From Macrostomum lignano (taxonomy: Eukaryota), in assembly GCA_002269645.1 (NCBI GenBank), contig NIVC01000219.1, forward strand, positions 186,001 to 250,000: 64,000 bases of DNA, in the 5' to 3' direction. The stretch's first letter is position 1; each line of letters opens with the position of its first letter. Both the position numbers and the translations under genes were made by a program. The notes beneath the pieces are model-generated. The model saw only the letters and a program-made list of their open reading frames with translations, did no database searches and was not told where the DNA came from. Below, piece after piece: positions 1 to 44,681 of this stretch.

Positions 1-647
1 GGCAGTGAACTGTGCACTAAGCCGGCATATTCCAAGCACAAGCACAATGCCGTCCAATGAGGCGTCTTTCTCTGCTAATGCGAGCGGCTCTATCAGTTCT
101 ACTGTCTGCACGCAAGTGATGACGGATCACCAGTTGCAATGCCACCCCACAATCAATTGACGAGCCGGTTCCTCGGCCAGTTCATATCGAGGCCTGTACG
201 TCCGACCAAGAATATGCGTGTTTGCATTGACGGCAACAACAATTTTATTAACACTGTGTTTGAGTAGGGCGTATCTATCAAAAATACTAATTCTTCGAGA
301 GAAACTATGGCTTTAGACATTTCCCCCTCATTTTCATGCTATAAGTAGTTGTTGTCTATAATTTACAATTATAAACCGTATAAATAAAAAATTAATCATC
401 TAATAATTAATATTTGGGTCATCTAAAAACTCGTTAAACTAATGTTTTTTCTATGGACAATAGCACGCATCCCGCGTGCGTGTTAATGGGTAGCGAAATG
501 CTTGTCAATGCGCACAGCCCCCTTCCTCTAAAAAATAAAAAAGTTTGCTTAGTTGAGTTGAATGAAGAGAACCAACGAACAAGCGTACATTCATCTAATG
601 TACTCCTCGCCGTCACGTGACCAGCACCCAACCACCCCAAATCGCAG

Positions 648-24236
<23,589 letters not shown>

Positions 24237-25332
24237 AGCCCCAAGGGGTGAAGTGGAAAAGCATAAAAAACTAAAATGCGATCGTTATCGAATTAACAAA
24301 CAGTGGCTTAGTTAAGTTTTCACGACATGCTGTATTCTATACAATATGTTTTCGTAAACTATTTGGTATACTACACTACTGTGAGTAGCTGGTTCGCGAA
24401 TGGATATTCATTTTGCATACGATTAAAATGTCTTTATCCACTTTATATTTGCCTCTTTGGTCGACGCAGATTTACTAAATTCTTTGATTTAAACAAACTC
24501 TGCACAATTGTGAAACACAGATACGTCACTTATTTATGTTATTGTCGCTTATTTTCAAAGTGAATATAATTTTTGCGTTTTTACTATTTATAGTAGTAAG
24601 TTTACATGTACCTTGTAATTTTTACTGATTTCGCCACATAGTTAACATTATTTACGGATGTGTGATATTTCGCACCTTTCTACTAACTACAATAATTTAT
24701 TGAACTTCTGCTGATTAACTGTGGCCTTCGTGACAACAAGTTATATTAGAGCAGCTTAATATTTAATCCTTTCCGTCTGCCTCAGGTTGTGCCTCCTCTT
24801 TTAGTGTCTTCTTAGTGTTTTTCAATGGCTTTAATTCTATCGGGGAAGACTAGATTGTTTAAAATTAATATTAGCACTACCTACTACAAGTAGATAATAT
24901 GAAAGTAAAACACCGAGCATTACCAAAACATGCTGTATACATCTGGAATGTTTTTGATTTAGCAGCTTAAGTTACAATTTTGTCATTTCTATCTTACTAC
25001 TTTTTGACAATCTTTTGGATAGAAGTGAATCCAAACACAACACACTTATTTAATTAAATTTATACGGAATTGAATATTTTTTAATAAGTCTTTAGCAAAA
25101 TCCTGTCAAGATTATATTTTGCTCGTGGTATAAACACGAAGGTGTTTAAAATATAGGAAAAAAAGAGTGTTTGCCTTATTTTTTTATTTATAATTAATGT
25201 TCCACTAACAAATATTTTAAGCAACTTTTATCAATAATGATCTTTGTCTTTATAAAATAAATTCTTTCTAGCAGGACAACTTTTGTTAAAATATTTCCTG
25301 CTTTGTTTTACCATGAAAAAAAAGAAACTCGC

Positions 25333-26010
25333 CTTATTGTTATTATTATTATTAAACAGACGCTGGCTCAGGGGTCAGCGAAGCACCGGCTGGTGGAAAA
25401 CAGCTGAGTCCAGCCTAGCTGCAGACTGAGGAGAAGGCCCAGAGCCTGCAAGTCAGTGAGAAAGGTGTCAGTCAGAGTGGTGTAGCGCGCCTGGCCCCGG
25501 TGGAGTCTCCCACAAGGCGGGCTGAGGCAGCAGGTCAGCGAGCGGGGGCCCGGTGCCCCGTGTGTGGGCCCGCAGGCAGTGGCCGATCAACATCTGGCGT
25601 CGCCTCTGCAAGGTGCGGCCCAGGCACGGCACGCGGGTCCGGGCCATCAGTTCAGCGTTGCTCACGCGCTCGGGGAACCGGATGCCCAGGGCATTGCGCA
25701 GGAGGTGGCGATGGCAGGCCTCCAAGCTCGCCTCACGAGTGGCAGTCATGGGAACAGCTTCCAGCCCGTAGGTCAGCACCGTCTCAACTGCCGAGCGGAA
25801 GAGGGGCGACCTTCAGGCTGTCGGAGGCGAGTCTGCAGTTGAAGATGGAGCGGATCGAGAAGGTGGGAGGCCCGCCACGCCAGCTGCTTGCAGTTGTTGA
25901 CATGGCATCCGGGTCAGTGACCAGGACGCCCAGATATTTGGACTGGTTGCACAGGGCGATGTTGTTGCGGTGGAGAGTTGGCAATGCCAACATGCAGCAT
26001 CTGCCTTGCC
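25333..26010 (-). mobile_element. 5'-truncated RTE-like LINE fragment
   Basis: Frameshifted RT C-terminal peptides (KYLGVLVT..; LTYGLEAVPMT...LLRNALGIRFPERVSNAELMART...RRRQMLIGHCLR) and a (TAA)n tail at 25333-25353. Confidence 0.85.
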
Positions 26011-26609
26011 GTCTTCAAACTTGGCTTACGAGTTATCAATAGTCCATTAATGGGGTATTCAAGGACAACGAAAACAACGTATCCTTCTACTCGTACTTTA
26101 GTAGTCCTTGGGGGTGGTATTTTCCCGAATAATTTATTCGAAGCTACCCGAATAATTATACTATTATAAAAACGAAAAGTCTACATGCATGTCCTAAAAA
26201 TTGACTCAAAAATTGATTTGTGCTGTCTGTGCTCGATAGTCCGAGAAATCTTGGTATCCAATTTGATCTTAAAATGATAAAAATATATACTATAAGGTAA
26301 ATCAATATTCTTGCATAATATTATATTATTTGCATTATTCATATTATCTTTATATTGTTTAAATTGATAAATACGTTTCTAATAATATAAAAAGACATTT
26401 AAATACACATGCGGGGTCCTGGCAAACTTTTTGTTAAGTAGCAGTCGAGAATTACTATAAAAGTTGTGCATTTTTTCTGGTCTACTAATAGTAGTACAAT
26501 AAAGAACAAATGTTATTTAAAAGGCATTTAAATTCATTCGAGGTTTGAGTCGGTGTAGAGTGGAGTAAACTTGGACAGTTACTTGGGGCAACTCATATTC
26601 GCTTCAATA

Positions 26610-34535
<7,926 letters not shown>

Positions 34536-34584
34536 TGCATTTGACGAACAATTATAATTAAAATATTCCGCAGAAATTTCCGAA

Positions 34585-34660
34585 GCGATTTATTTTGAAA
34601 CACGCAGCACATTTATAGCTGTTGTATAGTGCCTGTCAGCCAACCAATGAGACTGAGGTT
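34585..34660 (-). promoter_or_regulatory. Candidate promoter of the calmodulin-like gene
   Basis: TATAAAT on the minus strand at 34611-34617, about 75 nt upstream of the ATG at 34535; CCAAT nearby (~34645). Confidence 0.45.
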
Positions 34661-35116
34661 ACCAACACGCATAGAAAAGCCTTCAGATCCCATTTTTTCA
34701 TACTATACTACTTCTAATAGGAGATTCAGTTCACGACATGTACATTTAGTTCATTGGTACTCCTGAAGAATTCTAACAATCGTTTATTTTTTATCGCTAT
34801 TTTTTTCAACAGAAAACTCACATATTCACGGTTTCGTTTAAACTGTGTACGAAAGTCGGCATGTAGCAATAACTCCGAGGAAAATGCTTGTTAATTTAAT
34901 CAATATGCTTCTAAGAGCTATATTGTAAATAGAATATGGATTTATGAAAGGCAATCCATCTATCAGACTGCAATTTGCTGAACAAAAACATGGCATAATT
35001 GGATTATTATTCCAGCATGCATGTAAATGTTTCAACAAAATCATCCATTAATCATTCACTACTTTACTAGTATCACAGATGACTTGCTCCAAGTCAGTTG
35101 ATATGGCTCCATCAGA

Positions 35117-36160
<1,044 letters not shown>

Positions 36161-36688
36161 GTGGGCAGGCAGATGGGCAAGCAGCTTGGCCAGCAGATTC
36201 ATTACAAAAAGTCTGTTTGCATACCGGTAGGAGCATTGTTGTTGCATGAAAGGATGTAGTCCAGGAACAAGTTAAACATGGATATTGAGCAAACAGTCAC
36301 ATTCATTGTCAACTCATGATAATTAGCACGTTCAACCTATGACTCCCAACATGTAGAGCTGCATTTTTACACTGATTCTTCCGTTGTGTCAACTTTGAAT
36401 ACTCGTAGCTTCGACCGGCCGTTTGGAAAACTGGGATGAACAATCCATCCAAGCATGTTTACTCAGCACACTGACAGAACTGGTCGTGTGAAATTTAAAG
36501 GCTTCTTCGGGTACAAATGCAGCCCTGAGCTGAGCAGGATTTGCTTCGGAAGCGATAAGTCCTATTGTTTGTTATACACCAATCGGAACACGTGTAGCTT
36601 TGCTTAAATACACCTGTCGGCCTGTCACGTCTCGTTTTTGAGTACGTAATTTGTCGTAGGATTGATTCTCAAGTGCTATCAATCCACA

Positions 36689-37657
36689 ATGTCGTCATCG
36701 TTGCTGTTGCTGCTTCTACTGTTTCTGCTGCATTGCCAGTCAGCTGGCACCAGCAACTGTCCGCCGCTGGGGCGCACGTGCACGACTTTCAACTCGATGC
36801 CGTTGTGTCCGAAAACAGATGACGATACAACCGGGACTCGCGTCAAGTATGAGTCTAAACCGAGCTGCGTTTACCGGTGTGCCATCGATCAGGCCTGCTC
36901 AGCCGTGCACATCAGTGCCGAGCAGTCCAAATGCTTGCTGGCTACATCAGCTCAATGGCAGGACAACTGGTTGAACTTCAGCTCGAGGTGCAGCTCTCTG
37001 TTCAAGCGGCTAGCGGCTCCGCAGAAGAGCGGTCTTGCCGAAGGCTTAGTCGCGTGGTACAACTTTCGCTATTCGCTGCTAAATCTGGCTGACGAGAACG
37101 TGCTGACGTCAAGCTTAACAACCGCGTCACAAAGGAAGGCTTCTGGTGCAATTCTGAACGGTCGCAGTGGAAGCTGCATCCGCGTGTCGGTGCCAAACGG
37201 CCTGCAGAATATTGCGGGCCCGGCTGGTGAGTTCAGCTACTACGTGAAGGCGGAGCGAGACTACAAGGCCAGCACTTACTATATGCGCGCTTCTTCTAGC
37301 TCAGCCGAATCGAGCGTTGAAGCCTTCCTAATGGAGTCGAACCGTAGAATTGTCTTTGGAAATGCCAAGGTCAGTGCTTACGGACAGGAAACTGGTCAAA
37401 TCACTGATTCTGGAACCGCTACCGTGTCCATAGGTGTCACTTACGGAGTAGCTTTCAGTGCCTACTACAATGGAAGGCGACTTGTCGTTGGTAGCACTGG
37501 GACAAGGCTTCAATCTGTCCGTGCTGGAACCGACGTCCTTCTCGGATGCAAGCACAATGACGCATCGAAGACTCTGAGTGGAAGAATTCTGTGCTTTGGC
37601 CTCTGGAATAGAAGCTTGTCGATGAGTGATTTTGAAAATCTCGGCGGTGAATGCTGA
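36689..37657 (+). CDS. Intronless secreted protein (322 aa): signal peptide, Cys-rich PAN/apple-like domain, LamG/concanavalin-A-like domain
   Basis: MSSSLLLLLLLFLLHCQSAG signal; C-x3-C...C...C pattern (SCVYRCAIDQACSAVHISAEQSKCLL); GLVAWYNF start and LSGRILCFGLWNRSLSMSDFENL end are typical of LamG_3-type jellyroll domains. Candidate splice acceptor GTCGTAG at ~36659 just upstream. Confidence 0.75.
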   Translation: MSSSLLLLLLLFLLHCQSAGTSNCPPLGRTCTTFNSMPLCPKTDDDTTGTRVKYESKPSCVYRCAIDQACSAVHISAEQSKCLLATSAQWQDNWLNFSSRCSSLFKRLAAPQKSGLAEGLVAWYNFRYSLLNLADENVLTSSLTTASQRKASGAILNGRSGSCIRVSVPNGLQNIAGPAGEFSYYVKAERDYKASTYYMRASSSSAESSVEAFLMESNRRIVFGNAKVSAYGQETGQITDSGTATVSIGVTYGVAFSAYYNGRRLVVGSTGTRLQSVRAGTDVLLGCKHNDASKTLSGRILCFGLWNRSLSMSDFENLGGEC

Positions 37658-38194
37658 TGCATGCTGGTTGTCGATTCATCTTTAGCTTAACTTTCAGCGT
37701 CTGAGCGGCTTAACACTAGCGCTGCAGTTGTGTGTTTTTTCTTTCACGATTTTATTTATCCCTCTCGGACTTTATTAGAAACCTTACTTTTTGGGACAAG
37801 TTTGGGATAATGCAGACCGAATATTTTCTACAGCACTGAGAATATGGATCCCAGAGTTTGAATCTACTCTATCTCATCAGAGACCATTGATTGTGTTACA
37901 TCGTGACCACAGATCCTACAATAAGAACGCAAGATGGGTCAACTCAAATGACTGTTTTGCCTCACGATTGTTCCACTAGCCTGACAACTGTTGTTTCTAT
38001 GCCTCAAATTGATGCGATACATGAACTTCATGTATTTTATTGACGTTGAAATTCGCTAAAACAACTTGATTCAATGTTGATAGTTCTTATTTTTACTACA
38101 TGGATGGTTAAACATGGTTTCTATGAGACATTGCTGCTGAAAATTTGGCATAATTTGTGCTGATTTCTATGGCCGAAGTACAAAACTTGCTTGC

Positions 38195-38410
38195 CTTTAC
38201 CGCTCGGACTTACAACTGAGGGGGGTTCGATTCTCGACCCACTCAGAACAATTTGTGTCCTTGAGCTCAAGACACTTAACTCTGCATTGCTTCAGTTCAC
38301 CCAGCTGTAAAATGGGTGCCAGCATTAGCTGGGATAATTGAAGGTGTGTGTGGCGACCCCCAAGTCCTTGGACTGAACAGCCCAAGTCCTTGGACTGAAC
38401 AGCCGTACGC
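38195..38410 (+). mobile_element. tRNA-derived CORE-type SINE, copy 2
   Basis: GGTTCGATTC B-box near 38224 plus the CORE-like segment; reverse-complement homologue of 17945-18140; internal 22-bp duplication near 38361-38404. Confidence 0.75.
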
Positions 38411-38939
38411 AGCGAGTTTTCAGATTCGCTGCGCGATAGCTGCGGCTGATCGCTGTTGGTTGCATATCATCCCATTAGGACAGGTGTACTCAATTACATG
38501 TATGTATTATTATTATTATTTCAAGCGCCACACAGATCCATGGCAGGCAGAAATTGAAATGAGCTGTTTTTTCAGAGCTTTGCAATTGTCTTTGCTATTG
38601 ATCGAGAAATTCATTCTTTTCACGGAGCTGCTCAAAGGCTTGCTAAGATTAAACATAATGCATTCAAAAGCCAATCATCTTTAAACAGAAACGACCTGGT
38701 TTTTAATTTTAACAAGATGTTTTTCTCGTCATATTGCTTAAAATTGGCATGTTAAAAATGCAAAATCAATTTTCGCAATTGCCTCCGGTTTCTATAAGAA
38801 TATTTTCCTTTTGCAAATAGGGTGCGCCCTCTGCCCCAGTCGACGTCCCAGCCCCGGTTCTCGGCCATTTATTACATGTAGGTTCAGCGTCATGTCGCCG
38901 CCCCGTACTCGGCCTCCGAGTCCCGAACCAGCGCTTCGT

Positions 38940-39230
38940 CCATGTACACATCGACCTGCTGGGGCCATTGCCGCCTTCGCAAGATATTTGACCTATTCAC
39001 CAGATGGGCGGAGGCAATCCCAACGGTCGACACCTGCATGTATCACATGTACTTTATAACTCCGCATGCAGTACTGTACGTCCCTGCACCTGCTGCCTTT
39101 AATTGTGAGGACCCAGTGGATCGCCAGGTTCGGCGTGCAGAACTACATGTACATCACTTTGGACTGCACCTCCCTGCAGTTCACAGCAAGCTTTGGTCTA
39201 ACTTAACGTCTGATGACTTCACGCCACTGT
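38940..39230 (+). pseudogene. Degenerate Gypsy-type integrase (rve) fragment
   Basis: Frameshifted peptides VHIDLLGPLPPSQ and DLFTRWAEAIP, typical of the integrase core N-terminal strands. Confidence 0.7.
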
Positions 39231-39306
39231 CTGCGCACCTCCATGTGTGCTTAATTATAATGCTCCCATGCATAACTGTGCCACCTACACATGTAGCTGC
39301 TTAGCG

Positions 39307-39530
39307 TTATGATATTTCGGGTTTGTGATATTTTCTCAATCGGGTTTATGATGGGCGTTGCTAACACTTTGGGAGTTATGATATTTCGGGTTTGTGATAT
39401 TTTCTCAATCGGGTTTATGATGGGCGTTGCTAACACTTTCGGAGTTATGATATTTCGGGTTTGTGATATTTTCTCAATCGCGTTTATGATGGGCGTTGCT
39501 AACACTTTCGGAGTTATGATATTTTGGGTT
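39307..39530. repeat. 69-bp tandem repeat, ~3.3 copies
   Basis: TTATGATATT recurs at 39307, 39376, 39445 and 39514. Confidence 0.9.
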
Positions 39531-40129
39531 CATGATGGGCAATGCTATTTTAGTTTTCGGAGTTGTAACTTTTCGGGGTGATTGATGAGGACGCACTTTT
39601 TCCCAAATTCCACGCTAGCACATGGGCTCTAAACTTACTAGCCTACTAACAGTGGGCAATGGGCATTTTTATCCTTTTTCTGCGAATTTTCATAGAATCC
39701 ATACTAGATATAATGTTTGGTCATACTAGTAGTCATAATAACAGGCGCAGCTTTTTGGGTCATAAATCATCGCTTTCGAAGCTGGTCTGACAGCCACCTG
39801 CGCCTCACTCAGTGTTGAGGCGGGCGCCAGATGGTCTGAGGGGATGCGGGCGGTAGCTTTTTTCTCATCATTTTGACAGGCCATCAAGATTTATGAGGTC
39901 AGAGCCTATTGTTCGGATTCACTCAAGCGTGTGACAGCTTTGACAGCTATGCGTTTTACCCCTAAAAGTACCTTGGGATTAGCGATTAGCGATTTCTCTT
40001 CATTATCTTCACTTTCTATTTAATAAGAGCTTTCTAATGTATATTTTTTCATTAACTTTTGTCAATTCTACGCGAAAAGTCATAAAACATTTTGTTGCGA
40101 TTTTGATTGATTTATGGCCGCACCTGTCA

Positions 40130-41443
40130 TGTTTTTACGACCCTGTGGGAACTGATAGGATCTCCCGGTCACGTGATTCTGGGTGGCAACAAGCTTAGCC
40201 AATCAGAAAATTCGACGCTCATTTTCGGCTCAGCCAATCAGAATCGACGTGTCCCATTATAACAAACTGCGGTCCAGTTGGCGGCTATTTAAACCGGTGT
40301 TTTTCGCGCCGAGCGCCGATATCGATACGCGTATCGATCACCTAGTGATCGGGGCGCCATGCAGCCAATGAGAGGCGAGGAGGGTTGACACCCACCCCAC
40401 CTCCAAAATCAACGGATTTTGGTGTCCATGTAGTGAGGCTACCTAGACTTGCTTGATTGGGTGATTCCTTATCTGTCCCCTGTTTCAGTAGCTGGATTAG
40501 GCGCACACTTTTGCTCATTTTGTTCAGCAGTGCTGTTGTTGAGGCAGAAGTCATTCAATAATACTGATAGTAGTCTAAAGCTCCAATTTAATCTGAGGTG
40601 TGAAGTGATTCAAGGAGAAGGTGAAATCTGATAGTTATTTTTATCGGTTTTATTTCTTTGTTCGCCGATGGCTCAGATGAGCGGCTAAGCTACTAGGCGC
40701 CGGTCATAGTAGACCAATGGCAAGGCAGTTCTCAGTCGATCAATCTAACAAATCAGTTAGCGAAACTGCCAGTAGTGCAGAATCGGCGCCAGAGATGTAC
40801 TTTGTGCACTCTAGGTTAGCCAAGCGGCTCGGGTGATGAATCATGCGGTCTCTGATGTTCGAGTTAGCCTATCATCAGCGCTAGGAGAGGCTAGTTGGCG
40901 CGTTGAAGGCCAAAAGTACAATTCCTCGTATTTAGCAATGTAATAGTACATGTAGCTACCCCATAGACTCGCCACTGCAAGAATCCCCTGCACAAGTCCC
41001 CTGTACCTGCATGGCCAATGCGATCTAGTCCCAGTAGCGTCCCTTAACATCGGCTATGACTTCGAGATTGACAGCAAAAAGACACTAGTTGGCAGGTAAG
41101 TGCAAAGCCCCTTCTAGTCGGAAGCCCGATTTCGAGAGTCCCGGTGTGGTGAGCCAGGACGTACGGGCTGGTGGCAGCGAGCTAGCTAATCTGCGGATTA
41201 ACTAATTTCTACCTTCAAAATCCTCCTTGCTTGTCTCTCGCTGTCCCTCTCTTAGCTATAGGACCTAGACTGCTCGCCACATGATCAAGCTACCATGGGG
41301 CTGACCATATCTGACAGGAGTGGGGGGCCAGGACTCTAATTGATTTATTTCTGAGACCTGAGGCCCGAAGGCTTCCCCACAAGGGGGCCGAAAGGCCGAA
41401 ACCCATCATGATGATGGCGACCCGACCCGGCGACCCCTAAACA
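40130..41443 (+). mobile_element. Solo LTR (1314 bp)
   Basis: TGTTT...AAACA termini; 4-bp target duplication GTCA at 40126-40129 and 41444-41447; promoter signals GTCACGTGA (40168), CCAAT (40199, 40234), TATTTAAA (40286). Confidence 0.7.
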
Positions 41444-41837
41444 GTCACACGCATACTATACTATACTTTTGGAAACCAATTGCAATGAACCGCTTTAACC
41501 ATGCATGGCGGTATCCTTGCATTTGGAGACCCACCACACAATAAATTGATGTGTACATTGTCGTCTGTTTAATTTTTCAAACTTTCGTACTCGCAACATC
41601 GACTTCAATTTATGCTCCCAATTAATACCCCGAATTTTATTTAATTGGTTAATTTTGGTACTTCGAAAATTTTTTATAAATTTTTATAATATACTTTCAA
41701 TTAAAATGACTGGTTGTTGAAAGCCTCTGGGACATTAATTGGTAGAGCTATTTAGAACGCAGCTTGTTATTAGATGATACATCCGCCGGCCTATCATACT
41801 AGTAAAAAGGGCAAACTTGCATTGCAATATATGCCAA

Positions 41838-41881
41838 TTTGTCCTGACGAAGAGCCTAGAGGCTCGAAACCGGTAGCCTAT
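41838..41881 (+). ncRNA. Minimal type-I hammerhead ribozyme-like motif (Penelope-associated style), stem I imperfect
   Basis: CTGACGA-A-GAGCC-TAGA-GGCTC-GAAA-CCG-GTA: intact core, 5-bp stem II, palindromic ACCGGT stem III and a GUA cleavage triplet. Stem I pairs at only 3 of 6 positions. Confidence 0.55.
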
Positions 41882-41915
41882 CTAAAAAATATTTTAACAC
41901 GCTGTGACCTCTCTT

Positions 41916-41955
<40 letters not shown>

Positions 41956-44681
41956 GTATTTTCCTCTTGCGAGCCTCTAAGTACTGTTAGAATATGCATG
42001 CAGCGACGATTAGAATACGTTTCAGTACGATGTCCTTGTGTTATCTAGCTTCGCAGCGTCACGGCTAAAATTATGTCTAAAGTGATGTGATGGTTGATGG
42101 TTCCTAAAAAGAAGGAACGGTTAACGACGCCATTTTCAGTTTTAAAGAAACAACAAAACAGAATGCCACAAATTAGCTAATAAAATGCTTAAAAATTAAT
42201 TTTGCTATATAACATTATTCAAGGCATTTAAATATTTTTACTGAAAAATTGGTTAATTATATGATATTTAATGCCGGAATTTTCGAATCAGCGGCTTGGC
42301 CGGCCGTATGTATTTAAACTGGCAAGTGGCTTGACTGGATCAGGGTCGCAATGTTATGATCTCAGCCCTCGCAGTCCTCGCAGCCCTCGCATATCACCAA
42401 AACCACAGTATGTTCGTGCCTTGTGCAATATGCTACGGTTGGGCCTAGACTCAGCTCTGGAGAAAATCTTTTACACTTTTATGTACTATTTTAAATATGA
42501 AATCTGCTCGTAAAAATAGGCCATGGCTGTGTAAAGATAGCAATATTAAAGATTGATAGTTAATTACTAGGCCTAATTAACATCATCAAATAATTATTTG
42601 CTTTTTGAATATAAATTATGACAATCTTAATTCTTAAGCCTACACAATTCTTGGAGTACCTGTTGTATTGACTTCTAACGGCCTACTTTGATATGTAGGC
42701 CTATACTAAAGCACTAAGCTAAGAGCCTGCCTAGTAGTAGTACAACCTAGGCCTAGTTGACTCTATCTAGAGACCCCTTGTATATGCCAAAATTCTCAAT
42801 GACAAAGGCCACCTCTTGACAATGGTTCCTCACAGGGTTTAAAATTTTGTGTCACTAATATTCCATAGCAAGGGGAAAGCCAAATTTGAAACAAACTTAA
42901 AACAAAGTCAAGCTCTCAATATAAATTAAAAATTCATAATATTAATAATATATTTAGGCCTTAACTTTGGGTGTGGGTTATTTTGTTTAACTGTTAGTTT
43001 GTTTGCTCTCTGCTAGAGGTCCACGCTAGGGTAGGTAGGCAGGCCTAGGTTAGGCAATTTATCTGCTAGCTTGTATTGTTTCCAATGAAAAAATACCAAG
43101 TAATAAGGCAATAAAACATATCTTAGTATACAGAGCAGTATTTGCTACAAAAAGCATCTATTTTTTTATTTAGTGCTACTTTTATTAAGATAAATATTGA
43201 TTTATCTTAGGTCTTGAGTGTGCATTTTGATTTTTAGTAGACATTTTGCATGAAGTAAGCGGTAGGCCTTGGCCTTATGAAGTTCATATAGTTTCTTAAT
43301 GCATTTCTTTTAGCATTATATAAGTAAATAAACTTATAATTAATATATTATAAAATCATATTTAAAAATAAAAGCTAAATTATATAGTATCATCTTTTTA
43401 AATTGTTATATAGCATGCCATAGTCCAAATCATGCTAGGTGCACACGTGAACAAAAATAGTATATTTAGAAATGCATGCCAAATTTTTTTTGAGTGTATT
43501 ATTATACTCTTAAATATATTCTGGTGTTGTGACATTGAATAACCTTTTTTTTGAGTTGCATAGAAGACCTTTTTTGGCTAATAATTTGGTTGATTTTTTG
43601 CTTTTTTGTTTATACTATTTACAGTATGTGACAGGCCTTTTTGGCTCTGTCTTTCTAAACTTCTAACTATTAGTGTTTATTAAATATCCTACGAGCTGCC
43701 ACCAAAGTTGTTACAGGCCTTTCACCTCTTACTTTATCAATTTTAATCCCACCGATTTGCCAACTACAGTTATCCTGATTATACTTGCTTTTACTCCCTA
43801 ACTATTTCTTAGAATTTCATTTAAATATTTCTGGGTAGCGTTCTTAGTAGCGTTTCTGGTAGCATTCTTAGTAGCGTTTCTGGTAGCTTATGGCTTGCTT
43901 TCTGGTAGCGTTCTAGTAGCTTATGGCCTGAGCGGTCTAGTACTGGTATATGTATTAGTGTATAGTCCTAATCGGGCGTTCACCGAGACTAGAGGGTCAC
44001 GGCGCCTCTCTTGGTATATCTCCAAGAATTAGTCCCAATTCCCTTCTCTTAGCAAATTTCTTAGAATCGTTTCACAGGTTTTGCAAATAAATAAGTCGCT
44101 ATTTAGCTCAAAGACTTTGAAATGGTTTAGATTGAACTGCTTATTCTGTTCGCAATTATTTGCTCACGAGTAAAAGACAGTTAGAGTATATTTGTCGCGA
44201 AACCGCTCCTATATATAGTGATTTTCCCCACATACGATTAAAACAAAAAAATAATTCTCCAATTTATTTCGCGCATTAAAACAAACTATTATTTGGCGTT
44301 TGCGTAGATTCAGTTTCTAAGAAAGATTCGAATATACAGTTATTACATTGAAAGAACATTCTAGTATACTATGATAAAGGCATAGCACTAGTACAACTTT
44401 CCTCCTCTATATATCAAATTTTGAACGAAATACTATATTATATGTATACAGTGAAAAATTGATATCGTAGGAAAATGTAGGTGAAAAGGTGCAAAGCAAG
44501 GTGCAGAAAACACAATTCAGTGCTAAAACAATTGGTGCATAAAATGGTTGTGATAGAACTATTATGTAGGTAAACCATTAAAGTGAGAACTATTATGGAA
44601 GCAAAACGAACTATTATAAAAGTATTATAAAAGGCAAAATTGTTATTAAAGGCAACGCAAAAGTTAGTTCACCTCAATAGT

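Noticed and set aside
36662-37657. Bacterial contamination as the source of the intronless LamG-like gene
   Set aside because: Flanked continuously by eukaryotic microsatellites and SINEs, with a eukaryotic-type signal peptide and an upstream splice acceptor; ancient horizontal transfer of the domain remains open.
40833-40855. Box C (GTGATGA) and box D (CTGA) snoRNA-like pair
   Set aside because: Only about 12 nt apart, too short for a C/D snoRNA, and it lies inside the solo LTR.
41169-41179. TGGTGGCAGCG, a partial match to the tRNA-Leu PBS
   Set aside because: Only 11 nt, not preceded by an LTR CA end, and internal to the target-duplication-bounded solo LTR.
41358-41417. GGCCGAAAGGCCGAAAC as a canonical hammerhead ribozyme
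   Set aside because: No CUGANGA upstream on either strand and no NUH after the following hairpin; kept only as a structured-RNA candidate.
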